NCBI GenBank assembly: GCA_964445515.1
Contig: CAYUKZ010000002.1
Coordinates: 18,655-82,654, forward strand
Source of the DNA: an uncultured Mycoplasma sp.
Lineage (GTDB): Bacteria; Bacillota_I; Bacilli_A; Mycoplasmatales; Hepatoplasmataceae
Direction: 5' to 3'
DNA: 64,000 bases
Positions 33,421 to 43,814 of this stretch are shown here, one piece after another; within the stretch, counting starts at the first letter, position 1, and the number at the start of each line of letters is the position of its first letter. The notes under the pieces are model-generated. The model saw only the letters and a list, made by a program, of their open reading frames with translations, was not told the DNA's origin and ran no database searches. The position numbers and the translations under genes are program-made.

Positions 33421-34161
33421 ATGAGAGATATAATATTTTACTTTGCAATCAAATATTTTGGAGAATGAGAAAGAATATATGATGCAATAGACGAGCAAGA
33501 AGAAGTGGATTTTGATCAGCTTGCTATTTGACAAGAGGAGTATGAAGATAGGTATATTACCTGCCTAGATGAAGAGTATCCTATTTCATTAAAGCACATT
33601 TCACGTCCACCTTTCGTAATATTTTACAAAGGAGATAAAAAAATTTTCACAAAAGGTCATAATTTGTGATACTATGGTAGTTATTACACTAATGATTACA
33701 CAGACCTAGTGCAAAAGCATTATAAAGAAACTAAGAAAGAGGATATTACACTAATTTCTGGTTACACAAATGAGTTTGAAAGAAGGTTTGTTAATAATGT
33801 TAATCCAAAAGGAATGATTATTGTAAGGGATTCAGGTATTGACTCATATATTAATATGACAAGAATAGAAGAAGAGCACTTTATACAAGATAATCTGATC
33901 ATCTCAGAATATCCTGACAAAGTTATCCCTTCATTAAACACTTGATTGAATTCAGCAAGGATAAAATCAGGATTAGCAGATGGAGTAGTATTATTAAATA
34001 CTCTAAAAGAGCGTATAACATTTAAATTTATATCAGAAGCACTTGATGAAAAACGTAAAGTTTTTTGTATAGAAAATAAAATAGATACAAAAAGTCAAAA
34101 TTTTATGCTAATTTCTAAGGGCGCTTATGCTATAAATAAATTAAAGGAAACGAAGTGATAA
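33421..34161 (+). CDS. dprA: DprA/Smf-like DNA-processing protein (short, divergent)
   Basis: Three track pieces in one frame. Co-linear with the DprA Rossmann core (ISGYT.., IIVRDSGID, LIISEYP....P....W..ARIKSGLADGVVLL, KVFCIEN, MLISKGAYAI), but the canonical GID..AH and RNR motifs are altered. Confidence 0.55.
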
Positions 34162-34164
34162 AAT

Positions 34165-36273
34165 ATGGCAAAAAATTTATTAATAGTAGAATCACCAAAT
34201 AAAGTTAACAAACTACAAAAATTCCTAGGGGATGATTGAGTAGTTACAGCTTCTGTTGGACACATTAGAGATCTAGCAACTTGAGGAACTCCTCTAAGAC
34301 TTGGTCTTGATTTAGATACTATGGAACCAGAATATATAGATATGAAAGATAAGCTTGATGTAATCAATAATCTTAAAGAGCTTTCAATGCAAGTTAAAAA
34401 CATTTACCTTGCAACCGATCCCGATAGAGAAGGAGAGGCTATTGCTTATCATATTCAAAATGTAATTGAAGGAACAAAAGCTAAGATATTTAGAGTTACA
34501 TTCAATGAGATTACAAAGGATTCTGTATTAGAAGCTGTTGCTAACCCAAGAGATTTAGATGAAGATCTAATTAACTCACAAGAAACTAGAAGAATACTTG
34601 ATAGAATAATAGGTTTCAGATTATCATACTTAACAAATAAAAAGATTTCAGCAAGATCAGCTGGTAGAGTTAAGTCTGCAGTACTTAAATTAATAATAGA
34701 TAGAGAAAATGAAATTGAAAAATTCGTTCCAGAGTACTGATGAACAATTGAAGGTTCATTAGGTAAAGAAGAATCTATAATAAATGTTTCAGAAGAGAAA
34801 TATTCAGAAATAAAATATGCAAAAGAAGAGGATGCTAAGAAACTTCTTAAACAAATTAAAGGTGAATTCAAATTTGTTGAAAGAAAAGAAGCAAAGAGAA
34901 CTGTTAAACCACCTCAACCATTAGAAATGGCAACATATCTTATGGCAATGTATGGTGCGCACAGTACACCTAATGCTTCGGCAACTATCGCTGCACAATC
35001 ACTTTATGAAAAAGGATACATTACATATCCTAGAACAGATTCAAAGAGAATATCTTCAAAAGAATTCATTAAAGCATCTGAAGATTATGTAAAAAATAAT
35101 TACGGTAATGAATATTGAAAAGGTGTTCAAGAGATTAAAGGTAAAAAAGGCGATCAAGATGCCCACGAGGCTATTAGACCAGTAGATATTAATGTTACTC
35201 CTTCATCATTAAAAGGATTAAAGGTTAATGAGAAGAGAGCTTATACATTAATATGAACAACAACTGTTAAATCATTCATGATTGAAGCTAAAAACAAAGT
35301 TGTTAAAGATATCTATAAAGATGGAAAGGCATTATTTGCACTTAAGAGATCATATCCATTAGAAGATGGGTTCAGAGTGGCTGATGGAATTAAACCAGCC
35401 AAAGAAACTAAAGCTGAAGAAACATTAAAGATTAATCTTAAAGATGTTAATGTTATTGAACACTCAACAAAACCACCTGGTAGATATAATCCTTCATCAT
35501 TAATTAAATTAATGAAAGATGTCGGAATAGGTAGGCCTTCAACATATTCAGGAGTTACTTCTGGTCTTGTTGGTTATGGTTATTTAACTAATAATGGTGG
35601 AGCACTTAAACCAACAACTATGGCTCAAGAAGTAAATGATCTATTGCAAGGTCATTTCGGAGATATAGTTAATGAAGAGTATACTGCAGGAATGGAAAAA
35701 ACTCTTGATAAGATTGCTCAAGGAGGACAAGACTCAAGAAAGTATCTTAAAAAGTTCTGAAAAGAATTTGGTCCAAGAGTTGACAAAGCTAACGAAGAGA
35801 TTCCAAAGAAACCACCTATCTATACTGGTAAGAATTGTCATGAAGAAGGATGTCCAGGAGAAGGTAAAGGGAAACTTGTTGTTAAGAGAGGTCCATTCGG
35901 AGAATTTATCGCTTGTGATCAATTCCCTAAATGTAAACACACTGAAGCACTTGATCCAAAACCTGCTCCAAGAGAAACTGGAGAAAAATGTCCTGAATGT
36001 GGAAAGACATTAGTTGTTAGAGAAGCAAACAGAACAAAAACAAAATTCATTGCTTGTTCAGGATTCCCAAGATGTACATTCATCTATCCTGAAGAGAAGA
36101 CAATTGAGGTTCTACTTGATCTAGGTGAGATAACTAAAGAGCAAAAGCTTGAAAGAGTTACAAAGTTAGAGAAAAGAATCGAAAAAGAGAAGACTAAAGA
36201 ACTTAAACTTAAGCTTGAAGCAAAAGAACAAGCTAAGAAAGAAAAGAAAACTAAGGCAAGCTCTAAAAAATAA
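34165..36273 (+). CDS. topA: DNA topoisomerase I
   Basis: All joins checked. Toprim LLIVESPNK and DPDREGEAIA, active-site region GYITYPRTDS, three C-terminal CxxC...CxxC zinc ribbons, K/E-rich tail. Confidence 0.95.
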
Positions 36274-36281
36274 TACTAATT

Positions 36282-36311
36282 AGACTTAACTCATAGAGTT
36301 AGGTCTTTTTT
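36282..36311 (+). terminator. rho-independent terminator after topA
   Basis: AGACTTAACTC-ATA-GAGTTAGGTCT followed by T5. Confidence 0.8.
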
Positions 36312-36339
36312 ATGATAAAATTATAAGGAAAGAAAAAGA

Positions 36340-36412
36340 AAAAACAGATTTGTGGATTCAATAGTCGTGCCCTCAGGGTTCTATTGTTAGAAGCATCTCA
36401 AAGTTAAAACGA
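36340..36412 (+). promoter_or_regulatory. structured 5' leader of rpsB (locally GC-rich nested hairpin)
   Basis: CAATAG-TCGTG-CCC-TCA-GGG-TT-CTATTG nested hairpin inside a ~120-nt untranslated region. No T-run follows. Confidence 0.3.
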
Positions 36413-36430
36413 AAAAGAGGAGAAAATATT

Positions 36431-37750
36431 ATGAGTAAGCAAATTATCTCAAGAGATAAATTACTAGAGTCTGGATTACATTATGGACACCAGACAAAAT
36501 CTTGAAATCCAGCTATGAAACCATTCATTGCTATGTCAAGAAAAGGTATTCACGTGATTAACCTAGATAGAACAGCACAATCACTAGAGAATGCATATAA
36601 GATTGCTAAAAAGATTAGCGAAAAAAGAGGAACATTCCTATTTGTTGGTACAACTAAACAATCAGGACTAACAGTTAGAGAAAATGCAGAAAGAGTTGGA
36701 GCATTTTACATAGATCACAGATGATTAGGTGGTTTATTAACAAACTTCAGAACTATTCAAAATTCTGTTAACAAACTAAGAAGATTAGAAAGATTAGAAA
36801 AAGGTAACTTTGAAGGTTACACAAAAAAAGAAGCAATTCTAATGAAAAAAGAATTGGATAAATTACAAAAAGCATTAGGTGGAATCAAACACATGAGAAG
36901 AACACCTTCAGCAATATTTGTAACTTCAATTAGAAATGAAGATATAGCTATTAAAGAAGCTAAACACATGGGAATTCCAGTATTCGGAATAGCAGATACT
37001 AACGTTGATCCATTCAATGTTAACTTCCCAATCTTCGGAAATGATGATGCTAACAAATCAGTATCACTAGTAACAACAGTTATTGCCGATGCTATTGCAT
37101 CAGCTAAAGGTGAAAAAGAATTAGCAGCATATGTTGAAGATGAAAAGGTAGAAATTTTAGGAATTGTTCCTGAACAAGATAGACCTGTAAGAAGATTCAA
37201 CAACAATAGAAATGAAAGACCTTCAAGAAATGAAGGAACAAGAAAACCATTCAACAAAGAAGAAGCTAAAGAAGAAGCTCCTGTAAAAGAAGAAGCTAAA
37301 AAAGAAGAAGCTCCAGTAGTTGAAGAAGTTAAAGAAACACCAGTAGTTGAAGAAACTCCTGTTGTTGAAGAAGTTAAAGAAGTAACTCCAGTAGTTGAGG
37401 AAACACCAGTAGTTGAAGAAGCAACTGTAGTAGAAGCAACTGAAGAAGTTAACGAAAAAGAAGAAAAAGAAAAAACAAGAGAAGAAATCTTATTAAAAAT
37501 TTCAAACAATAATGAAGTAGATTCAATTAAATTAACTGAATTATTTGGAGTTGGTCCAAAAACAGCTACTTGATTAGAAGAAAAAGGTTTCACAACAATT
37601 ACTAAATTATCAGAAGCTGATGTTAACTCAATATCAGACGAAGAAATTGAAACATTAAACTTAGTTGGGTTTAAAACAGTAGAGCAAAAGAGAGAAAGAA
37701 TTAATGTGTTTATTACAGAAGCACAATATATAGTTTCAAAAGCAAAATAG
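36431..37750 (+). CDS. rpsB: 30S ribosomal protein S2 with ~200-aa C-terminal extension (acidic repeats + HhH motifs)
   Basis: Core [17 protein letters not shown]...FLFVGTKKQ-like...[30 protein letters not shown]. Frame continues (joins checked) through EEAP/ETPVVEE repeats and [17 protein letters not shown] to TAG 37748-37750. Confidence 0.9.
37258..37452 (+). repeat. imperfect in-frame tandem repeats (about 21-nt unit, ETPVVEE/EEAPV) within the rpsB extension
   Basis: CCAGTAGTTGAAGAA and close variants recur at least 4 times. Encodes [60 protein letters not shown]. Confidence 0.8.
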
Positions 37751-37758
37751 AGGTAAAT

Positions 37759-38640
37759 ATGTCAATAGAAAATATTAAAAAATTAAGAGAAATGACTGGT
37801 GCTGGAATGATGGACGTTAAAAAAGCGTTAGACGCTTCAAACGGAGACATCGATTCAGCAATAGAATGATTAAGAGCTAACGGTATAGCTAAAGCAGCTA
37901 AAAAAGCTGATAGAATCGCCGCAGAAGGATCAGTATTCTTAGTAAAAAACGAAACAAAAGCAGTTCTAGTTGAGGTTAACTCAGAAACTGACTTCGTTGC
38001 TACAAATGATATGTTCATTTCTGGTTCTGAAAAGATTGCTAATGCAATTCTAAATTCAGATATCGCTTCAGAAGACTTAGAAGCAGCACTTGCATTAACT
38101 GTGGATGGTGAAACAATCGAATCACTATTAACAAACTTAACAGCTACTATTGGTGAAAAAATTTCACTAAGAAGATTCGCTATAACAAATGGAACAAATG
38201 GTATTTACAAACACTCAAACGGTAGAGTTGGTGTTATTGTTTCTGGAGAAGGAATCGAAGAAGAAGTATTAAGAGACGTAGCAATGCACGTTGCAGCTAT
38301 GAACCCTGAATACTTATCAACAAACGATATTTCAGAAGAAACAATTAATAAAGAAACAGAATTAGCTAAAGAATTATTAGCTGATGCTATCGAAGGTAAG
38401 CCAGAACAAGTTCAACAAGGAATGATCCAAGGTAAAGTTAACAAAACTTTAGCTGAATCAGTTCTATTAGAACAATCATTTGTTAAAGAACCAGGTAAAA
38501 AAGTTAAAGATTTACAAGGTTCAGGTTCATTCACACAATTCGTTAGATACGAAGTTGGAGAAGGAATCGAGAAGAAAGTTGATAACTTCGCTGAAGAAGT
38601 TGCTCAACAAGCAGAAGCAGCTAAACAAATGCAACAATAA
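37759..38640 (+). CDS. tsf: elongation factor Ts
   Basis: [34 protein letters not shown] (UBA-like N-terminus), [20 protein letters not shown]. Confidence 0.95.
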
Positions 38641-38663
38641 AGAGCACTTGCTCTTTATTTTTT
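38639..38663 (+). terminator. rho-independent terminator after tsf
   Basis: AAAGAGC-ACTT-GCTCTTT followed by ATTTTTT. Confidence 0.7.
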
Positions 38664-38678
38664 GAAAAAGAGGTTAAA

Positions 38679-39401
38679 ATGGAATATAAGAGAATATTAT
38701 TAAAATTATCAGGAGAAGCATTAGGTTCTCAAAGTTCAATATTAGATAAATCAATATTAACGAACTTATTAAAACAACTTAAAACATTAAGAGATGAATA
38801 TAAAGTTCAAGTTGCTATTGTAGTTGGTGGAGGAAACATATTTAGAGGTCAGATATCTGAAACTCTAGGGATGGGAGAAGATACTGCTCCAGCTGATTAC
38901 ATGGGAATGATGGCCACAACAATTAATGCTTTAGGAATAGAAACATTCTTAAATAACAATGGAGTAGAAGCAGTAATGCAAAACTCATTAGCATTTGAGA
39001 AAATATCTTTAGGTATTAATTCTGAAGAGGCTATTAAGTCATTAGAAGAAGGTAAAGTAGTTATCTTCGGTGGAGGAACAGGTAAACCATACCTATCTAC
39101 AGATACAGCTGCCGCATTAAGAGCAATCGATATTAATGCAGATGGAATACTTATGGCTAAAAATGGAGTTGATGGTGTTTATACTGATGACCCAAATGTA
39201 AATCCAGATGCAATACTTATTCCTAATATGACATTCCAAGATGTTATTGATCAAAATTTAAAAGTTGTTGATCATGAAGCAATGGAATTATTAAAAGGAA
39301 AGAATATTGACTTAATTTTATTTAATGTTAATACACCAAACAATATAATTAATTTATATAAAGATCAAAACACAAACAAAACAATTATTAAGGAGAAATA
39401 A
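38679..39401 (+). CDS. pyrH: UMP kinase
   Basis: ILLKLSGEAL, VVGGGNIFRG, GGGTGKPYLSTDTAAALRA, GVDGVYTDDP. Confidence 0.95.
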   Translation: MEYKRILLKLSGEALGSQSSILDKSILTNLLKQLKTLRDEYKVQVAIVVGGGNIFRGQISETLGMGEDTAPADYMGMMATTINALGIETFLNNNGVEAVMQNSLAFEKISLGINSEEAIKSLEEGKVVIFGGGTGKPYLSTDTAAALRAIDINADGILMAKNGVDGVYTDDPNVNPDAILIPNMTFQDVIDQNLKVVDHEAMELLKGKNIDLILFNVNTPNNIINLYKDQNTNKTIIKEK

Positions 39402-39402
39402 T

Positions 39403-39945
39403 ATGGAACAAATTATTGAAAATACAAAACAAAAGATTGATTCAGCAGTAAATGTATTAAGAGAAAGACTTTCCGCAATCATTGCCACTGGAGCAAACCC
39501 TTCAATGTTAAAAAACGTTGAAGTTGAATACTATGAAACAATGACACCACTTAACCAAGTGGCAAACATTAAGGCACCTGATGCTACAATGTTAATTGTT
39601 TCACCATTTGATAGAACTTTAATCAAAGATATAGTTGAAGCAATCCATAAAGCCGATTTAGGACTTAACCCAGTTGACGAAGGAGACCAAATTAGAATTA
39701 TGGTTCCACCAATGACAGCTGAAAAAAGAGAAATCTTTGTTAAGGAAGCAAAACAAATAGGGGAAGAAGCTAGAATTTCTGTAAGAAACATTAGAACTGA
39801 CTCTAATAAGAAAATTAAATCATCAGAGTTCTCAGAAAACGAAGAAAGACTTGGAGAAGAACAAGTTCAAAAATTAGTTGATGAGGCAAACAAACAAATC
39901 GAAGAAATTATTAACACAAAAGTTAATGATTTAACTTCACTTTAA
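39403..39945 (+). CDS. frr: ribosome recycling factor
   Basis: RANPSML..V.V.YYG..TPLNQ.A.I..P....L.I.PFD, LGLNP, RNIRRD-like VRNIRTDSNKK. Confidence 0.95.
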   Translation: MEQIIENTKQKIDSAVNVLRERLSAIIATGANPSMLKNVEVEYYETMTPLNQVANIKAPDATMLIVSPFDRTLIKDIVEAIHKADLGLNPVDEGDQIRIMVPPMTAEKREIFVKEAKQIGEEARISVRNIRTDSNKKIKSSEFSENEERLGEEQVQKLVDEANKQIEEIINTKVNDLTSL

Positions 39946-39949
39946 AATT

Positions 39950-40942
39950 ATGGAAAACAAAAACATAGAAGAAACAAAAATAATTAACAATGAATCACAA
40001 ACAACACCAACAAATAAAGAAAGTGCTGGTGGAGATTCATCAAGAACTAAAACAGCATTAACAATATTGCTTGTTGTAGTTCCAGCTACACTTCTAGCTT
40101 CAATATTTAACTCAATTTCACCAACAAAAGAAATATGATCAATACTAATCAATACGTATTTATTAATCTTCCAAATTGGACTAGCTGGATTATTAATCCT
40201 AGGAATAAATGAAGCAGGTAATTTTATATTCCCTGTTGATGAACCAAGAGATGGAGATAAAATAGCTTATTGATCATTAATGTTCATAGGTGTATTTACA
40301 TTTGGTATTTACAGCTGAAGAATTCTTTGAGCACCATTAGGTGGATTAAGTATTAATCTTGGAAATTGAAAGACATGATTTATTATTTTATCAATAACTT
40401 ACTTTGTAATTACAGCACCAACTTCACTTGACTTTAAAGATGTAGTAACTGCATACTTCATGACAGCAGTATTTATCTTCTTTGTAATATCATTATCATG
40501 AACAATTACAAATGGAGGATGACAAGTTGTTGTATTAGCATTAGGTATTGCTATAATGGCAGATACATTTGCTTACTATGGAGGAAAGAAATTTGGAAAG
40601 AGAAAAGCTTTCCCTAAAGTATCTCCTAACAAGACAGTGGAAGGTTTAATCGTAGGATTCTTCCTTTCAGTAGCATTCGCATTAGTAATGTGAGTATTAT
40701 TTATTAAGTTCATACCATTTGGTCTTATTACTAATGATATGGATAACTTATCAACTGTATTAAAATTAATTATAGTTGCATTCATTTCACCATTTGGAGA
40801 TTTAACATTCTCAAAAATCAAAAGATCTTATGATAAAAAAGATTTCTCAAACTTATTGCCAGGACATGGTGGTATATTTGATAGATTAGATTCTCATATA
40901 TTCGTAACTACTACACTAGTGTTATTAGTTACAGTACTATAA
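39950..40942 (+). CDS. cdsA: phosphatidate cytidylyltransferase
   Basis: Polytopic protein with CDS signature [36 protein letters not shown]. Multiple in-frame TGA. Confidence 0.9.
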
Positions 40943-40943
40943 A

Positions 40944-40970
40944 AAAAGAGACATTACGTCTCTTTTTCTT
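40944..40970. terminator. bidirectional terminator shared by cdsA (+) and the small zinc-ribbon ORF (-)
   Basis: AAGAGAC-ATTAC-GTCTCTT flanked by A7 and T-runs. The stop of the minus-strand ORF (40954-40956) lies in the loop. Confidence 0.7.
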
Positions 40971-41121
40971 TTCTTAGTTTTACTAAACATTTACTACAAT
41001 GTTTACCATCACCAAAGTCCTTTTTCAATAATCTCTTTCCATTACAACCTTTTGTTAAACATAAAGAATGTAGTTTAGTCTCCATAGTTGGAGCATCTTC
41101 TGTTAAATGTTTATTGCTCAT
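40954..41121 (-). CDS. small (55 aa) CxxxxC...CxxC zinc-ribbon-like protein, function unknown
   Basis: Not in the ORF track (<60 aa). MSNKHLTEDAPTMETKLHSLCLTKGCNGKRLLKKDFGDGKHCSKCLVKLRKEKET*. Strong RBS (AAGGAGAATGAATATG). Ends in the terminator. Confidence 0.5.
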   Translation of the reverse strand: MSNKHLTEDAPTMETKLHSLCLTKGCNGKRLLKKDFGDGKHCSKCLVKLRKEKET

Positions 41122-41289
41122 ATTCATTCTCCTTACAATATAATTATACTCCCGTACCCTTAAATACCTAATTTACCATGTGTAAAGTATATACTGGTAA
41201 ATTTTAACTTAGCAAAAATAATTAGGAAAAAATTATAATTTTGTTATATAATTATTAAGGTATATTACAGGCAATATCCAAAGAGATTT

Positions 41290-41375
41290 GGAGGGGTAGT
41301 GAAGTCTGGCTAAACACGGGTGATTGTAGCTCATCTCCTTCGGGTTCGGGGGTTCGAATCCCTCCCCCTCCACCA
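41290..41375 (+). tRNA. tRNA-Tyr (anticodon GTA), long variable arm, CCA encoded
   Basis: Acceptor GGAGGGG/CCCCTCC, anticodon loop TTGTAGC, T-arm GGGGGTTCGAATCCCTC, 3' ACCA. Confidence 0.9.
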
Positions 41376-41380
41376 TTTAA

Positions 41381-41455
41381 TGGCCTGTAGCCAAGCGGTA
41401 AGGCACCTGGTTTTGGTCCAGGTATGCGAAGGTTCGAATCCTTCCAGGCCAGCCA
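41381..41455 (+). tRNA. tRNA-Gln (anticodon TTG), CCA encoded
   Basis: Acceptor TGGCCTG/CAGGCCA, anticodon stem-loop CCTGG-TTTTGGT-CCAGG, T-arm GAAGGTTCGAATCCTTC. Confidence 0.9.
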
Positions 41456-41462
41456 TTATTGT

Positions 41463-41538
<76 letters not shown>

Positions 41539-41544
41539 TTTTTT

Positions 41545-41631
41545 GCCCAGGTGGTGGAATTGGTAGACACGAGGGATTTAAGCTCCCTTGCTGGCAACAG
41601 CGTGAGGGTTCAAGTCCCTCTCTGGGCACCA
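41545..41631 (+). tRNA. tRNA-Leu (anticodon TAA), long variable arm, CCA encoded
   Basis: Acceptor GCCCAGG/TCTGGGC, anticodon stem-loop AGGGA-TTTAAGC-TCCCT, variable arm TGCTGGCAACAGCG, T-arm GAGGGTTCAAGTCCCTC. Confidence 0.9.
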
Positions 41632-41647
41632 TGTATATTCACATATG

Positions 41648-41679
41648 AAAAAGTGATTTCGAAAGAAATTACTTTTTTT
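41648..41679 (+). terminator. rho-independent terminator after the tRNA cluster
   Basis: AAAAGTGATTTC-GAAA-GAAATTACTTTT followed by a T-run. Confidence 0.75.
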
Positions 41680-41705
41680 ATTTTATAAAGTATAATTATA
41701 TTAAT

Positions 41706-42344
41706 ATGATGAATTTAAATAATATGAAAAATCAAGGAAATATGAGAGGCGGGTTACCAGCAAGTGCCCTACTAGGTGGTAAGACAAATACTGCAATCAA
41801 ATTTCTAATAGTTATGATTATAGGAATAATTCCATTATTATTATGTTCTTTATTCCTTACAGCCACAGATATGGCATCAGAATTTAAGCAATGAGGACAA
41901 CAAGGATCACAAGCTACAACAGAAATTGATTACGGATATATGTGATTAATAGGAATTGGTTTATACTTAATAACATTCCCAATTATATTCTTAATATCAG
42001 GTTTATCAAAAGAAGTTAATGTAGATATAATACCTGCAACTTCAGCCGCTTCACTAGCTATGTTGAATATGTTTGTAATTCCACATACAAGTGCTTACTT
42101 CTTGATATTATCTTTACCTGCTTTTGCATTTATCGGTTATATAATAGGAACATTTGTAATGATTATTCATACAATTAAAAAACTTCAAAGACAAATGAAT
42201 GCTTTACAGCAAGATCCAGAAGTTAGAAAAATGATGAAAGACTTTGAAAACCAAATGAATGGACAAGCTCCAACAAAAGGTAAGAAAGATTACAAAGATA
42301 ACCCATTCGTCGATATAAAAGATGAAGATGAAGAAGAAAAATAG
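41706..42344 (+). CDS. hypothetical polytopic membrane protein with charged C-terminal tail
   Basis: Two track ORFs joined by TGA. About 4 hydrophobic segments. Tail is QQDPEVRKMMKDFENQMNG...DEDEEEK*. Confidence 0.55.
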
Positions 42345-42368
42345 ATTCCAATTGGAATCTATTTTATT
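42340..42368. terminator. bidirectional terminator (20-nt perfect palindrome) shared by convergent genes
   Basis: TAGATTCCAATTGGAATCTA flanked by A- and T-runs. Both stop codons (42342-42344 on +, 42359-42361 on -) lie inside it. Confidence 0.75.
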
Positions 42369-43096
42369 TTTAAATATTCTTTAAACTTTCAATCAGCAAT
42401 TTCTTGATATATTTCTTTGTTTGTTAAATCAAATTTATATAATGCTCATCTAGTTCAAAAGATTTGCAAGAATTTACAAACAATATTAAGTTTATTAATA
42501 TCAACATCATCAAATTGTTCAATAAACAATGTTCTTTGTTCTTCAGTCATCTCTCTTTCAGTCAGGAATGAAGCTATATCAAATAGTTGATTACCTTTTC
42601 CTGAGTATTCGAAGTCAATTAAAGTAATTTTGTCTTTAGTTTTTAAAAGATTACCTTGAACTACATCATTATGTAAAGCAACTTGCTTACCTTCATGTAA
42701 AATATCCAAAGCTTCTTCAGCTAGTAAATATTCTGTTCCATCAATTGGGAATTCTTCTAGTGTTTTTTCATACTCTGAGAAGAATTCATTATATACTTCT
42801 TCAAAAGCTGACATTTTTAAATCACTAACATCTAATTTATGTAAATCTTTTAATGCAGAAGCAACATTTACTATATCTTCATTAGACATATTATCATCAT
42901 CAAACTCTTCATGTTCAATTTGATCAATAGTTAATATATTTCCTTCTAAAGTATATTCTCTATTTAGTAACTCTAGAAACTTTACTTCTTGATTTCCATA
43001 ATATTTCTTAAATTCATCACTTGAATAGTGTTTTTCAATCTTATTTTTATCGTTAATTCAAACTTCATTTGATAATGCATTTTTAATTTGTCTCAT
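42359..43096 (-). CDS. phosphotransferase of the APH/choline-kinase (LicA-like) family
   Basis: Track ORF 42455-42889 extended in both directions through TGA codons (walked codon by codon) to ATG 43096 and TAG 42359. Brenner/APH motifs LHNDVVQGNLL and LIDFEYSGKGNQLFDIASFL. Confidence 0.65.
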
Positions 43097-43132
43097 ACTA
43101 ATATTTTACCTTTATATTATAATTATATTGTT

Positions 43133-43798
43133 ATGAAATTCGATTTAGAAAAATATATTGTAGATAAAGTTTTCTCTGGGGAATGACAACCAAATGAAAA
43201 AATACCTGTAGAAGGTGAATTAATGAAATTATCAGGCTTATCAAAAATGACTGTTAGAAAAGCTGTTGAAAGACTTAGAGAAAGAGAAATTCTATATGCC
43301 AACCAAGGTAGAGGAGTATTTGTATCTCCTTTCTGTAAGAACGCAAAAATCAATAAGTTAACAGACATTCTTGGAGCCACTAAAGTAACATACTTACCTT
43401 CATCTTCAAAGATTCCTCAAATTCTAATAAAGAGATTCAATGAAGAATTTGAAATGAAGGAAGAAGACATTATCACATTCGTAAAGCTATATTTCGTTGG
43501 AGACGAAATAGTTGCATATACACTTAACTGATTAAACAATGAATCAGGTAAGTACTCAGCAAAACAAATTGTTAATGGAGATGGAAGAATATTCCAAAAT
43601 AGCGAATTCAATAAAGTAATTACAGTTCATAAAATGGAAGAAACTTCTTCTTCAGATAAAAACATTTTATTAACTGACTTTGAATACATACCAACATCAT
43701 ATTCATACTATATTAAGAAAGATAGAAATGTAGTTATGATGAGAGTATGTAAAACAAAACCAAAATACTATTCATCATTCGAAGTAAAGAGCAGATAA
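43133..43798 (+). CDS. GntR/HutC-family transcriptional regulator
   Basis: N-terminal winged HTH P.E.ELMKLSGLSKMTVRKAVERLREREILYANQGRGVFV. ~140-aa C-terminal effector (UTRA-like) part. Two in-frame TGA. Confidence 0.75.
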
Positions 43799-43814
43799 AT
43801 TCTGCTCTTTTTTT
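43786..43814 (+). terminator. rho-independent terminator after the GntR gene
   Basis: AAAGAGCAGA-TAAAT-TCTGCTCTTT followed by a T-run. The stop codon is in the loop. Confidence 0.8.

Noticed and set aside
35672-36013. 113-aa plus-strand ORF, and similar alternative-frame ORFs at 38480-38665 and 60499-60720
   Set aside because: They are out of frame inside topA, tsf and rpoC, whose own frames carry the conserved motifs.
37258-37452. Tandem repeats checked as a possible CRISPR array or minisatellite
   Set aside because: The repeats are in frame within rpsB, contiguous with no spacers, and only about 21 nt long. I saw no CRISPR-like repeat-spacer architecture anywhere in the window.
36817-37593. 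258-aa minus-strand ORF (Ser/Thr/Val-rich) in the track
   Set aside because: It is exactly antisense to rpsB and its acidic repeat region. Its composition is the mirror image of GAA/GTT-rich coding DNA. It has no RBS, and the conserved S2 gene occupies the locus.
41171-41202. Inverted repeat considered as a dif/Xer recombination site
   Set aside because: dif sites are about 28 bp with 11-bp arms around a 6-bp spacer. Here 8-nt arms are separated by 16 nt, and the sequence does not resemble the Firmicutes dif consensus.
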